NCBI GenBank assembly: GCA_963675745.2
Contig: CAXXWX010000026.1
Coordinates: forward strand, 1-64,000
Direction of reading: 5' to 3'
Length of the DNA stretch: 64,000 bases
From: Phycisphaerae bacterium
GTDB taxonomy: Bacteria; Planctomycetota; Phycisphaerae; UBA1845; Fen-1342
Shown here: positions 1 through 11,265 of the stretch, piece by piece
Layout of the letters: each line of letters begins with the position of its first letter
How positions within the stretch are numbered: the stretch's first letter is position 1
Position numbers and translations under genes: made by a program
Notes under the pieces: model-generated
The model's database searches: none
What the model was told of the DNA's origin: nothing
Seen by the model: only the letters and a program-made list of their open reading frames with translations

Positions 1-71
1 GCGTGGACGCTGTGCCGCTGCTCCCGCGCACGGTACAATCGTGACCTGCACCTTACTGATCCCAAGGTCGC

Positions 72-3000
72 ATGACGGAGGGCACGTCCATGTACACATC
101 TCGGAACACGGCAGCCTATGCGGTGGTCTTGGTCGCCGGCGTGCTCATACTCGCGCCATTTGCAGGGATTCTCGCCAAGGCCCCGCCCGCGACCCAGCCA
201 AATTCCGACGCCGCTGTTCATGAACCGAAGGACACCAATCCCCAATCGCCGGGGAGCCGAGCCGAGCCGCCCCGGCCAGTGCTCACCGGCGAGGTCGCCG
301 AAAAGGTGGCGGAGTTGGAGAAGCAGATCGACGAACTCCACGAGCAGGACAAGTACGCCGAGGCGATCCCGCTGGCGGAGGAGGCGCTCGCGATCCGGCG
401 AGAGCACCAAGCTGGCTGGACCAACGCCCATGGCGACCCGGCGGAGTGGTACGAGATAGAAGATGCGCGCCGAACGGTCGAGGACCTGCGCCAACGTGTT
501 TCGCTTTCGCCTGAGGAGCGCGCCGAGTTGGTGGAAGCCCGCGAGACCGATTCGAAGAGCTTGGGTCTTTATGCTCAGGGGCGATATGCCGAAGTGTTGG
601 AGCTGACACAGAAGACATTGGAGATCCGCCGTCGCACGCTGCGCGACGACCACCCGGACACGCTGATCCCGATCTACAACATGGGCACGCTGCTCCAAGC
701 CCAGGGCAAGCTGGCCGAGGCCGAGATATACCACCGCGAGGCGCTAGAGGGTCTCCGGCGCGTGCTGGGCGATGACCACCCGGTCACGCTGGGCTCGATC
801 AACAACATGGGCGCCCTGCTCGAGTCCCAGGGCAAGCTGGCCGAGGCCGAGACGTACCACCGCGAGGCGCTGGAGGGCAAGCGCCGCGTGTTGGGTAACA
901 ACCACCCGGATACACTCGGCTCGATCGGCAACATGGGCCACCTGCTCCAATCCCAGGGCAGGCTGGCCGAGGCCGAGACGTACCACCGCGAGGCGCTGGA
1001 GGGCAAGCGCCGCGTGCTGAGCGACGACCACCCGTCCGCGCTGATCTCGATCAACAACATGGGCGCCCTGCTCGAGTCCCAGGGCAAGCTGGCCGAGGCG
1101 GAGGCGTACTACCGCGACGCGCTGGAGGGTCTCCGCCGTGTGCTGGGCGACGAGCACCCGGACACGCTAGCTTCGATCAGCAACATGGGGGGCCTGCTGC
1201 TAGCCCAGGGCAAGCTGGCCGAGGCGGAAGGCTACTTCCGCGAGGCGCTGGAGGGGCGCCGGCGCGTGCTGGGCGATGACCACCCGGTCACGCTGGGCTC
1301 GATCAACAACATGGGCGCCCTGCTCGAGTCCCAGGGCAAGCTGGCCGAGGCCGAGACGTACCACCGCGAGGCGCTGGAGGGCAAGCGCCGCGTACTGGGC
1401 GACGACCACCCGGACACGCTGAGCTCGATTGCAGCCATGGGCAACCTGCTCTATTCGCAGGGCAATCTGGCCGAGGCGGAGGGCTACTACCGCGAGGCAC
1501 TGGAAGGCCAGCGTCGCATGCTGGGCGACGACCATCCGGACCTACTGAGATCGCTCAACAACCTCGGCTCCCTGCTCCAGCATCGTGGAAGGCTGGCCGA
1601 GGCCGAGCCGTACCTCCGGGAAGCGCTCGAAGGACACTGCAGCGTGCTGGGCATCGACGACCGGAGCACGCTGTTTGTGATCATGAACATGGGCCACCTG
1701 CTTAACGCGCAGGGCAAGCCGGCTGAGGCCGAGCCGTACTGCCGCGAGGCGCTCGACGTGGCCGAGAGACTGCGGACCCGGATCATTGGCGCAGAACGCG
1801 GGCGTGCCGTGTATGCCGAGCAACTCCGGCTGTCAGTCATCGCGGCCCGGTTGGCGGCGCTGCTGATCCAGACGAGTCAGCCGGCCGAAGCCTGGAGCGC
1901 GTCTGAACGGGGCCGCGGCCGGGCCTTGCTGGATCTGCTGGACCGCAGCGATCTGGATCTGCTGGCGGCGGCACGAGTCCGCGCTGCGGGCGACCCTGCG
2001 GCGGTGGCCGCGCTCGACAACGCGCTGAAGCGAGAGCAACAGGCGCAAGTCGATCTGACCACGGCGGAGGCCCTGTTGGTGGGCACACAGAAGCAGCGCC
2101 AGCACACCGAGGGGCGCGACGACCTGGCCGACAAAGAGAAGGCCCAGCGCCTTGCAGCGCTCGATGAGCAGATCGTCGAGCAGCACGCCACCGTCAAATC
2201 CAAACGCCGGGCGCTGGGCGAAGCCACCGCCAATGTGTTTGTCAACATGCGCGGTCTGTTTCCAGACGCCAAGCCAATGTCGATCGAGAAAATCCGCGCA
2301 GGACTGGAGCCGGGCGAACTGGTGCTGGGATGCACCTGGACCGGCGAGTTTGTGTTGCTGCTCGTTACGCAGGGCGCGGCGGCGGGTGAGGATGCGACGA
2401 GCGAGGGCGAGGGCGTTGCCGGGTTCACATTAGTAAAGGGCACGGAAGAGGTTGAGGAACTGACCAAGCTCGCTCAAGAAGTCCGTGAAGCGCTGGCCAG
2501 CCGACCCGCTGGCTCAGCGAACACGGTGGATCGAGACCGCTGTGCGGTGGCGCTCTCCGACAAACTCATTCCGGAGTCCGTCCGGGCACAGGTCGCAACC
2601 GCCGATCCACCTGATCGTCCTTCCTGACGGCCCCCGTTGCATGGCCTGCCATTTGACGTCCTGGCCGCGGCGCAGCGAAGGCGAGCGCTGGATCGAATCC
2701 GGCCCCGATATCGTCTACTCCGCTTCCGCCACAATGTATCTGAACCGGCGGGAAGCCGCACGTCAACAGACGCGCGACAGCACGCTATCGGCGGTGGTGC
2801 TGGGCGACCCGATTTTCGCGCGCAACGCGGCCCCCGAGCCGGACTAATCCCCAGCAAGGTGTGTTGGTGCGCGGCGTGGTCGATGAGTCGAATGCCGCAA
2901 AGGCGGGACTGCAACGCGGCGACGTTTTGCTTAGCTATGCGGGAACGCAGGCCAAGGATTTCGATGTGCTGGTCACCACACTGGGCGAGGTCAGTGAAGC

Positions 3001-3967
3001 AGTCGCAGCGGGCCAACGCGACGCGGACACGCCGGTTCCGGTTACTTACTGGCGCGATGGCCGGACAGAGGAAGCCAAGCTGCCGCCCGGCAAGATGGGA
3101 GTGCAACTGGATCGCGGTGCCCCAGACTCCGGCCTGCGCCTCATGGCGATGCGTTCCCGCGGCCACGATCAGGCAGTGGCCGAGATCAGCGCGACCGATC
3201 AGGTGCGTCTGCACGGCGGCGCGTTGCAGCCCTTGCTTGGTACCGAGCGCGAGGCGCTGGCGATCACGACACTGATCGAAGGCACGAATGGCTCGGCTAC
3301 GATCTTGCTCCAGGAGGACGCGACGGTCGGTCAACTTGAGGCCGCGGCTAATGGTAAGCGGATCCTGCACCTCGCCACGCATGGCCTGACCGGCTCGAGC
3401 GAACGCCCCTACGACGCCAGCCTGGCGCTCACCCAGCCCGACACGCCGACGCGGGACGACATCGGCTTCCTGACGCTGGACCGCCTGATCGCCAGATGGC
3501 GTGGCAAACTCAGCGAGTGCGAGCTGGTCGTACTGTCTGCGTGTGACACGCAGCGCGGCGTCAAGGTCGGCGACAGTGTGATGGCGTTACCGTGGGGCTT
3601 CTTCTACGCCGGGGCACCGACTGTCGTGGCCAGCCTGTGGAAAGTGGATGACACAGCAACGGCGCTGCTGATGACGCGGTTCTATGAGAACTTGCTGGGG
3701 AGCTACGACAAGCCGCGCGAAATCGGCGGGCGGACCTTCGCAGCTGGCAGTGAGATTCCCAAGGCTGCAGCGCTGCGTGAAGCTAAGCAGTGGCTGCGTT
3801 CGCTGACGGCTGACGAGGCTTACGAGCTGGCCAGGCAACTGCCAGACGATGCGACACGCGGCTCGATCCGCCAGCGGCAAACGCGGGTCAGTTCGCCGGA
3901 GACCGTCCATCCCTACGAACACCCGTACTACTGGGCGGCCTTCATTCTGATCGGCGACCCGGGATAG
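72..3967 (+). CDS. Secreted/membrane-anchored TPR-(PDZ)-CHAT caspase-like protease, copy 1 (split by several indels at about 2530-2850)
   Basis: N-terminal hydrophobic segment (likely start ATG 90 after GGAGG); nine 42-aa kinesin-light-chain-like TPRs; SERGRGRALLDLL linker; PDZ-like segment; CHAT dyad HLATHG and LSACDT; C-terminal HPYYWAAFILIG. ORFs 72..2627 and 2861..3967 join when aligned with the paralog at 59147. Confidence 0.9.
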
Positions 3968-4074
3968 CCTCCAGAGCGCATGACAGCGAGGCTCAATCAA
4001 GAGCGAGTCCGAGGAGAACACGCCCCTCGGACCGCTCTTGGATCTGTGCCAGTTTCGACATCAAGGGCCCATCG

Positions 4075-4767
4075 TCAGGCAAGCTGCCGCCGTCTGGCGG
4101 CGGCCATGGCAAGCAACAGCAAGCCACCGGGTTCAGGCACAATCCGCAGGTTGTCGAAATATGTCCAGCCGTCCGCCGAACACCCGTACTGCTCGAAGAC
4201 CTCGACACCGACGGCGATCTCGTGCAAACCTGAAAATGTGCTGACGTCCACGACCACGTCGTAATGAGTGCCTCCGAGGTTATTGACCCACAGTTTGGAC
4301 TGTCCGACCGCGAAGTAACTGTTGGTGTGGCCACCGCCAAGCAGATTGACGTCGAACGCTATCGCTGGCACGTCGGTCAGATCAATGGCCTGATAGAACT
4401 CGAGATAGTCCCCCGGGACGTGTGGGCCCGCGGTGCTGGCGAAAACATACAGCGACCAATCCCCGTCCGAACGCCAGCCGACAGGGTCATAGAACCGAAC
4501 GCCGTGGCCGTTGGTGGCGCCCTGGTTTCGCCAAGACCAGTCTGCTGGCATGCCCCAGGTCGAGGTGTCGGAGGTGCTGATTCCGTTTGGCATTGTGCCG
4601 TCGGGTTCGTCCTCGAAGCTAGGGTTGTTGATTGTGGCGGCCGACGCCGCGACGACGGCCGTGGGCGCGAGAGATTCGTCGGCCGCGTTCAGCACACTCG
4701 CGGGCAGCAACAGCAATGCGATCGACGCGCCAATCATGCTTCTCAGGATTCTTCGGTCCTTGTTCAT
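4075..4767 (-). CDS. PEP-CTERM sorting domain secreted protein
   Basis: Signal peptide; NPSFE carbohydrate-binding-like start; C-terminal VPEPGGLLLLAMAAARRR. Confidence 0.85.
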   Translation of the reverse strand: MNKDRRILRSMIGASIALLLLPASVLNAADESLAPTAVVAASAATINNPSFEDEPDGTMPNGISTSDTSTWGMPADWSWRNQGATNGHGVRFYDPVGWRSDGDWSLYVFASTAGPHVPGDYLEFYQAIDLTDVPAIAFDVNLLGGGHTNSYFAVGQSKLWVNNLGGTHYDVVVDVSTFSGLHEIAVGVEVFEQYGCSADGWTYFDNLRIVPEPGGLLLLAMAAARRRQLA

Positions 4768-5236
4768 CTGTCGTCTCCAGTTCCACAAGGCCTCTGTTGG
4801 TTCTCACTTGTCAGCCTGCCTGCCGATGGTGCCGGCACGACCAACGCGGCACTGCGGTATTCAATCCAGGCGGCTTTCGGCTGCCCGAGCGGACAACGCG
4901 GTCGAAGGTCGCTGACCGCTGAGTCGCCATTGTGACGGCCTGCCGATATAGCCAGTCAGCCAAACGTGCCGGTGCGCAACGCGCCGTGGTGTAAAAAGAC
5001 AGAGAACTGTCGGGCTGGACTGGTTCGCTGCTGTAGATTCTCGCGCTCGAGGTGTGACGCGCTTTGCGAAACCGCGACGGGAAGCATCAGAGCCAATTGA
5101 CATTGCTCGCCGGCTACAAATCGGCGCGGCACTTTCGGCGTGTATCGGTATCATTCACCAGCGACGAAGTCATGCTGAGTATGACCTATCTCGCGGCGCT
5201 TGAGTCACGTGACATACACGCGGCTTGTTGTGGGAG

Positions 5237-5506
5237 ATGCAGATGATCGAGGTTTACATAGCGGCGGATCTCGCCGACGCGCAGCTTGTATGCAACATGC
5301 TCGAAGATCATGGAATCAAGGCAGTTGTGCAAGGCGAGCTGCTGAACATCGCACAGGGCGGCGTGCCCTGTGGACCGACCACCGCGCCGACCGTGTGGGT
5401 CAATGAGGTGGACGCGGAGAAGGCGCGCCGCCTCATCGACGAAGTCGAGCAACGACGTCGCCGGCGGCGCGAGACTGATGCGTCGAATGATGTAGATTCC
5501 AACTGA
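5237..5506 (+). CDS. DUF2007-like putative signal-transducing protein
   Basis: EVYIAADLADAQLVCNMLEDHGIKAVVQGE...VWVNEVDAEKARRLI pattern; GGGAG RBS. Confidence 0.75.
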   Translation: MQMIEVYIAADLADAQLVCNMLEDHGIKAVVQGELLNIAQGGVPCGPTTAPTVWVNEVDAEKARRLIDEVEQRRRRRRETDASNDVDSN

Positions 5507-5755
5507 ACCTCGCGCGGGTAGCCCGCGCGATCGTCTGTACACGTGGCGCGTCCGCCACCCGACAAGGTTGCGGCGGTCGCGGACGTTGCATGGCGCCGTG
5601 TTCCCCCATCCCGCGGACCAGAAGTGCCGTAGGCCCTCTTCGGAATGTGACCGTGACCGTGGCAGAAGCTGAGCGCAGGCCGCAACCCGGTTTGATCCAC
5701 CGTGGCGTCGCGGTGGGCCATGTATCGGCATCTGCGGCTTGTGGCGAACGGAACC

Positions 5756-6937
5756 TCAAAGGCCTACGAGCAGCGCCACAAACTGGTCGATGTCACCATT
5801 ATTGACCCAGCCGTCCCCATTGATGTCGCCCAGCACAATATCGCAATCCGGATAATCGGCAGCGTACTGGACCGGATCGGACAGAGCCAGGGCAAACGCG
5901 TCGATGTCGCCGTTGTTGACCCAGCCGTCGCAGTTGAGGTCGCCGATGGGCGCGACTCCGGCGACGCGGAACCCGATGGGGGCGTACTCGTGGATCGGGG
6001 CACCGTAGCCGCGAAACACCGAGAGTAGCGCGAAGTAGTTTGTGCCGAAGGACCCGCCCCGTCTCCCACGTGCCACACCGATGACCGCCTCATTCCACTC
6101 GATGACGTTACCCCCTTGGTCAAACGTACCATACGGACTGTCGGACAGTCCGAAGTACCCGACCTCTGTGCGCCAGTACGGACCGCCGATCGTGTACTGC
6201 CACGGGTAATGAAGATCGAAGTCGTAGAAATTCGCTGAGTTTCCGGTGTCTCCGGCTGGATGCCCATTGTCCGGGGTCGTGTCGCTGCCCATCGGGTAGT
6301 AGAAGTAGTTCCCTGTCAGGCCGTCGTTATAGTGATACGCCGCCTTGTACCACTCGTCCTCCGACGGAATCACCCACGTGGCATCCGGTTCACGCGCAAC
6401 GGCCAACAGGTCGGCGTCACTCACTGCCCCGTTGAGGACATACGAACCATCTTCCGTCGTGGTGAGCCCCTGGAGCCCCGACGGCTGGTCATTGTGCAGC
6501 CAGTTGCAAAACCGCGCCGCGTCGCCCCAGGAAACGAAATTCACGGGACGGTTTGCCCAGTCTGGAGCCACACTGTACGTGTAGCTGCCCGGGCTGCCGT
6601 GACGCTGGATATTGCAGCCGCGGACCCAGTCACTTACGTCGGCCATGGCTTCGTTATACAGCCCGTAGGTGTCCGTGGCGGCAATGGCGTTTAGGAACTC
6701 CGTGTACTGGCCAGCCGTCACCTCGTACTTGCCGATCTTGTACACGTAGTCCACGGCGCCATAGCCGGTAGTGCCGTCTTGCATAACTTCTGTGTCCTCG
6801 GCATTGCCCGGGTTGCCCACGGTGACGGTCTCCAGGCTCGTCAGGCCGTCGGCCATATTGAACACGTCCGCCTGTGCGGGGTGTGCGTAGACCAATAGCA
6901 AACCCGCGCACCCCGTCAGCGTCGCAAGTCCGCGCAT
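5756..6937 (-). CDS. Secreted FGE-sulfatase/SUMF1-fold protein with C-terminal dockerin-like domain
   Basis: Signal peptide; motifs GKYEVT, PVNFVSW, PSEDEWYKAAY, DQGGNVIEW, RGGSF, IGFRVA; tail GDLNCDGWVNNGDID...GDINGDG. Confidence 0.85.
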   Translation of the reverse strand: MRGLATLTGCAGLLLVYAHPAQADVFNMADGLTSLETVTVGNPGNAEDTEVMQDGTTGYGAVDYVYKIGKYEVTAGQYTEFLNAIAATDTYGLYNEAMADVSDWVRGCNIQRHGSPGSYTYSVAPDWANRPVNFVSWGDAARFCNWLHNDQPSGLQGLTTTEDGSYVLNGAVSDADLLAVAREPDATWVIPSEDEWYKAAYHYNDGLTGNYFYYPMGSDTTPDNGHPAGDTGNSANFYDFDLHYPWQYTIGGPYWRTEVGYFGLSDSPYGTFDQGGNVIEWNEAVIGVARGRRGGSFGTNYFALLSVFRGYGAPIHEYAPIGFRVAGVAPIGDLNCDGWVNNGDIDAFALALSDPVQYAADYPDCDIVLGDINGDGWVNNGDIDQFVALLVGL

Positions 6938-7420
6938 GCCACCCGCCTTTCCGGTCGCCGTGCGGAACAAGAATGCCAGCACCACGGCGGCTCGTCGCCC
7001 GTGAATATTCTGCGCACCCATCGCGATTCTCCTATTGTTGCTGAACGCGTACATTCGCGCCACGTGTGATGGCCAACCCATGGAGGCCACCAGAACGTCC
7101 CGGCGTATACCGCGCCCCTTACGGCCACGCTAGACCGGGGCACCATTGCGAACAGAAGGCACGCGGCCGGCGGGCGATGAGTGGCTATCTCAGCGGCGTG
7201 CTTGCATAGGTAGTCGCCAGGTGGCAGTGGTGCGCAACGCGCAATTGACAAAGTGTTGGCATCTGGTCGTTGCCCGATGCGGATTGCCGTGCTCGATGCG
7301 TTGCGCACCACGCTAAGCCGCGACTAGAACTTGCAGAGCCGATTGATTTAGATCGACGGCCCACATCCCGGGCCGACCTTGCTTCCCCTGGTGCCGGTAT
7401 CGGTTACAATAGCCGTCACT

Positions 7421-8074
7421 ATGCAAGGGGTGGCTGGGCTCACTGACGATACCGTTCGCGCAGCGGCCGAGGGGTCGCGGGAGGATCTCTCTCGGCTCCT
7501 GGAAGCGCTGCAAACGCAGGTACGACTGATGGTCGCAGCCCGACTCAGCCCCACACCCGCGCAGTTACACGCCGTCGATGACACGGCCCAGCTCGTGATG
7601 ACGGCGCTCTCCGAGGGCATCGCTCGCCTGGAGCGTCGAACCGTCGCCGGGCTGAGGGCCTATGCCTCCGGCATCGTCGCGCGCAAGGTTGCTGATCTTC
7701 TGCGCGGCCGCGGCGAAGGAGGGAAGCAGCACCCGCTGGCCCGTTCGCTGGACTCCACCGTGACCGCCTTTTCACATGCCGGCGGGTTGTGGCAATTGCT
7801 CTCGGCGTCGGACACCACGCCCCGGAGCGCGGCCGACCGAGCCGAGCAGGTTGCGATCCTCCTGAGAGAGCTGGGGCAGCTCAAGGCGGAATATCGCCAA
7901 ATCATCACGCTGGCGTTCTTCGACCAGTTGCCGATGGCCGAGATCGCCGAGCAACTCGACAAATCGCGGCCAGCCGCGTCGATGCTCCTGATTCGCGCCG
8001 TGCGTGCGTTGCGACGAAACATGATCGGCACCTCAACGATCGGGCACCGCGATGGCCAAGCCCCCGGAACATGA
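7421..8074 (+). CDS. ECF sigma-70 factor (kinase-associated)
   Basis: Region 2 (VDDTAQLV...LRAYASGIVARKVADLLR) and region 4 (YRQIITLAFFDQLPMAEIAEQL...LLIRAVRALR); overlaps the start of the downstream kinase. Confidence 0.85.
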   Translation: MQGVAGLTDDTVRAAAEGSREDLSRLLEALQTQVRLMVAARLSPTPAQLHAVDDTAQLVMTALSEGIARLERRTVAGLRAYASGIVARKVADLLRGRGEGGKQHPLARSLDSTVTAFSHAGGLWQLLSASDTTPRSAADRAEQVAILLRELGQLKAEYRQIITLAFFDQLPMAEIAEQLDKSRPAASMLLIRAVRALRRNMIGTSTIGHRDGQAPGT

Positions 8075-11000
8075 TCCCTCCGAAGAAGCATACGCCGACA
8101 AGGTGGAGGAGGCCCTCAAGGCGTTCTGGGGCGGCAACAGCATCCCGCTCGAGGAGCTACTGGTGGACTCGGATGACGCGACCGTACCACCTGTCGCCAA
8201 GTTGCTCGGCGGTGTCGTCGGCCAGCGCAATGATCCCTCTGCCAAGACGCGCCGGCCGACACAAATCGGCGACTACCGCATCATCCGCGAGTTGGGTCGG
8301 GGCGGCATGGGGGTGGTCTACGAGGCCGAGCAACAGAGCCCGCGCCGACCGGTGGCGCTCAAGGTCGTGCGTGGCGGTGCGTACGTTGACGAGCACCACG
8401 TACGCCTCTTCCAGCGTGAGGCTCAAGCCTTGGCCCGGCTCAAACACCCGTTCATCGGCGGAATCTACGAGGCCGGCCGAACCGACGATGGGCAGCACTT
8501 CTTCGCGATGGAACTGGTCCGCGGCGTGCCGCTGCTGAAGTACGTCAGCGTGAAAAAGCCGCCAATCCGCGAGCGCCTGGCCCTGTTCTGCAAGATCTGT
8601 GAGGCCATCAACTACGCTCACCAGCGCGGCGTCATGCATCGCGACCTCAAGCCGGGCAACATCCTGATCGACGCCGACGGTAACCCGAAGATCCTCGACT
8701 TTGGTCTGGCGAAGATCACCGACGCGGACATCGCTGTAACGACGGTGGTGACGGAGATCGGCAAGATCCAGGGCACGCTGCCGTACATGAGCCCGGAGCA
8801 AGCTCGCGGCAACCCGGACGAGATCGACCTGCGCAGCGACGTTTACTCCCTCGGCGTAATCCTCTACGAGCTGATGACCGACCAGCGGCCGTACGAACTC
8901 GGCCAGGCGATGCTGCACGAGGCCGTCCGCGTGATCTGCGAAGCGCCGCCGCGCAAGCCGAGCACGATTATCCGCCAGCTTCGCGGCGACCTGGAGACTA
9001 TCGCGCTAAAGGCCCTGGAAAAGGAACCGCGTCGCCGCTACCAGAGCGCGACCGCATTCGCGGAGGACATTGAGCGTTATCTAACCGACCAACCAATCCA
9101 GGCCCGTCCACCGAGAGCGCTGTACCAATTCCGCAAACTGGTGGCCCGGCACAAGGCCGCATTTGCGTTCGTGGGTGTGCTGTTCGTTGTGGCCGTTGGA
9201 TCTGGCGCTCTGATGTCCATCCAGGCGGAGCGCAATCGCCAATTGGCGGAGAGCGAGCGGCGCGCGAAGGAGGACGCCCTTGCGGCGCGGGACCGGGCCC
9301 GCGAAGCGCAGGCCGAAACCCAAAAACGCGCTGACGAGCTGAGGATCGTCACCGAGTTCCAGGAATCCATGCTCGGCGAGATCGACGCGCGGCAACTTGG
9401 GCGGGCTCTGTTCGACGACTTGCGCGCCCAGGTACGCGAGTCGTTGGAAGCAGAGGGCATATCGCCTGCGGAGATTGACTCTGTGATCGATGGTCTCAAT
9501 TACACGCTACACCGCGCGAACGCCACAGACATCGCCGTGAGCTTTGTGGACGAGCAGTTGCTCGGTAGAGCAGCGAGGGCGATCGAGACGGACTTCGCCG
9601 ATCAGACCCTGGTCCGCGCGGCACTCCAGCAAACCGTGGCGACCACATACTGCAAGATAGGCCGGTACCTACTGGCGACACCCTTGCAGGAAGCCGCGTT
9701 GGACACCCGCCGGGCTGAGCTTGGCGTGGACCACCCGGACACGCTGGCCTCGATCGACAACATGGGCTACGTGCTGTATTTACAGAGTAAGCTGGTCGAA
9801 AGCGAGCCGTATTTCCGCCAGGCGCTGGAGGGTCGCCGCCGTGTGCTCGGCGACGACCACCCAGACACGTTGAGGTCGATAGGCCACATGGCCTGGCTAC
9901 TCGAGTCCCAGCGCAAGCCAGCCGAAGCCGAAGGATTCTGTCGTGAGGCATTAGACGGCCGCCGCCGCGTGCTGGGCGACGATCATCCGAACACGCTGAC
10001 CTCCATAAACGACATGGGCGCCCTGCTCCAGGCCCAGGGCAAACTGGCCGAGGCCGAACCGTACTACCGCGAATCGCTGGAGGGCCACCGCCGGGTGCTG
10101 GGCGAAGATCACCCGGACACGCTGGCCTCGATCCACAACATGGGCGGTCTGCTCCGTGCGCCAAGGCAAGCTGGCTGAGGCCGAGTCGTACTACTGCGAG
10201 GCGCTTGAGGGTTGCCGTCGCGCGCTCGGCAACGATCACCCTGATACGCTGACGTCGATCCGCGCTGTAGGCGGTCTGCTCGTGTACCAGGGCAAGCTGG
10301 CCGAGGCTGTGTCGTACCACCGCGAGGCGCTTGAGGGCTGCCGTCGCGTGCTCGGTAACGATCATCCAGATACGCTGAAGTCGATCGACAACATGGGCGG
10401 CCTGTTCCGGAGGATGGGCAAGCTCGAACAGGCTCTTGGCTATCGCCGCGAGGCGCTTGAGGGCTGCCGTCGCGTGCTCGGTAACGATCATCCAGATACG
10501 CTGAAGTCGATCGACAACATGGGCGGCCTGTTCCGGAGGATGGGCAAGCTCGAACAGGCTCTTGGCTATCGCCGCGAGGCGCTTGAGGGCCGCCGCCGCG
10601 TGCTGGGCGACGACCACCCGGATACGCTCGCCTCCATGCGTAACTTGGCGTTATTGCTGGAGGAGCAAGGTCTGCTGGCTGAGGCCGAAGCACTGTACCG
10701 CGAGGTCGTGGCTGGCCGTCGCCGGGTGCTGGGCGACAAGGATCCGGAGACGGCGAGTTCGCTCATACAATTGGGGGTGAATCTCGTCGCACAGGAGAGG
10801 TCTGCCGAGGCGGAACCCGTGCTGCGAGAGTGCTTGAAGTTGCGGCAGGACATACTGGAAGAGGGCCACTGGCTGACCTTCTCCGCGAAGAGTGTACTCG
10901 GAGAGGCCCTGGTCGGGCGAGGCGCGTTTACGGAGGCCCGGCCGCTGCTCGTGGGTGGACTAGCTGGCCTCCAAGAGAAATCGGAGGATATCCCGGACCG

Positions 11001-11263
11001 CTTCCGCACGGCACGCCTCCGCGAGGCCCACGAGCGCATCGTCCAGCTCTTCGATACCTGGCACGCCCGCCGAGCCGGAAAAGGGCTACGACCAGAAGGC
11101 CGCCGAGTGGCGGGCGAAACTGGAGGCGGTCAAACAGTCAGACACGGATGATGTTGAGAGCCCGGATTCGGTGGCCAACGGTGCTGCTTCGCAACCCGGC
11201 CCCAGTCAAGGCGAGGAGGTGCCGAACCCCGGACGGCAAGGAGCCGGCGAGAAGAGCCCGTAA
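8052..11263 (+). CDS. Membrane Ser/Thr kinase with C-terminal TPR array (indels at about 10160 and 11067)
   Basis: GRGGMG, VALK, HRDLKPGN, DFG and YMSPEQ motifs; TM helix; about 10 42-aa TPRs. Correcting the frame gives tail EPEKGYDQKAAEWRAKL...SP* ending at 11263, homologous to the tail of the 28072 kinase. Confidence 0.85.
10321..10590 (+). repeat. Exact 126-bp tandem duplication of one TPR unit
   Basis: 10321-10446 equals 10447-10572, plus a partial third unit. Confidence 0.9.
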
Positions 11264-11265
11264 CG

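Noticed and set aside
640..1760. Regular 126-bp repeats as a possible CRISPR array
   Set aside because: They are in-frame coding TPR units without unique spacers; no cas genes are present, so the CHAT proteins are not Craspase components here.
5756..6937. FGE/C-type-lectin-fold gene as a diversity-generating retroelement target
   Set aside because: No reverse transcriptase and no template repeat differing only at adenines was seen in the window.
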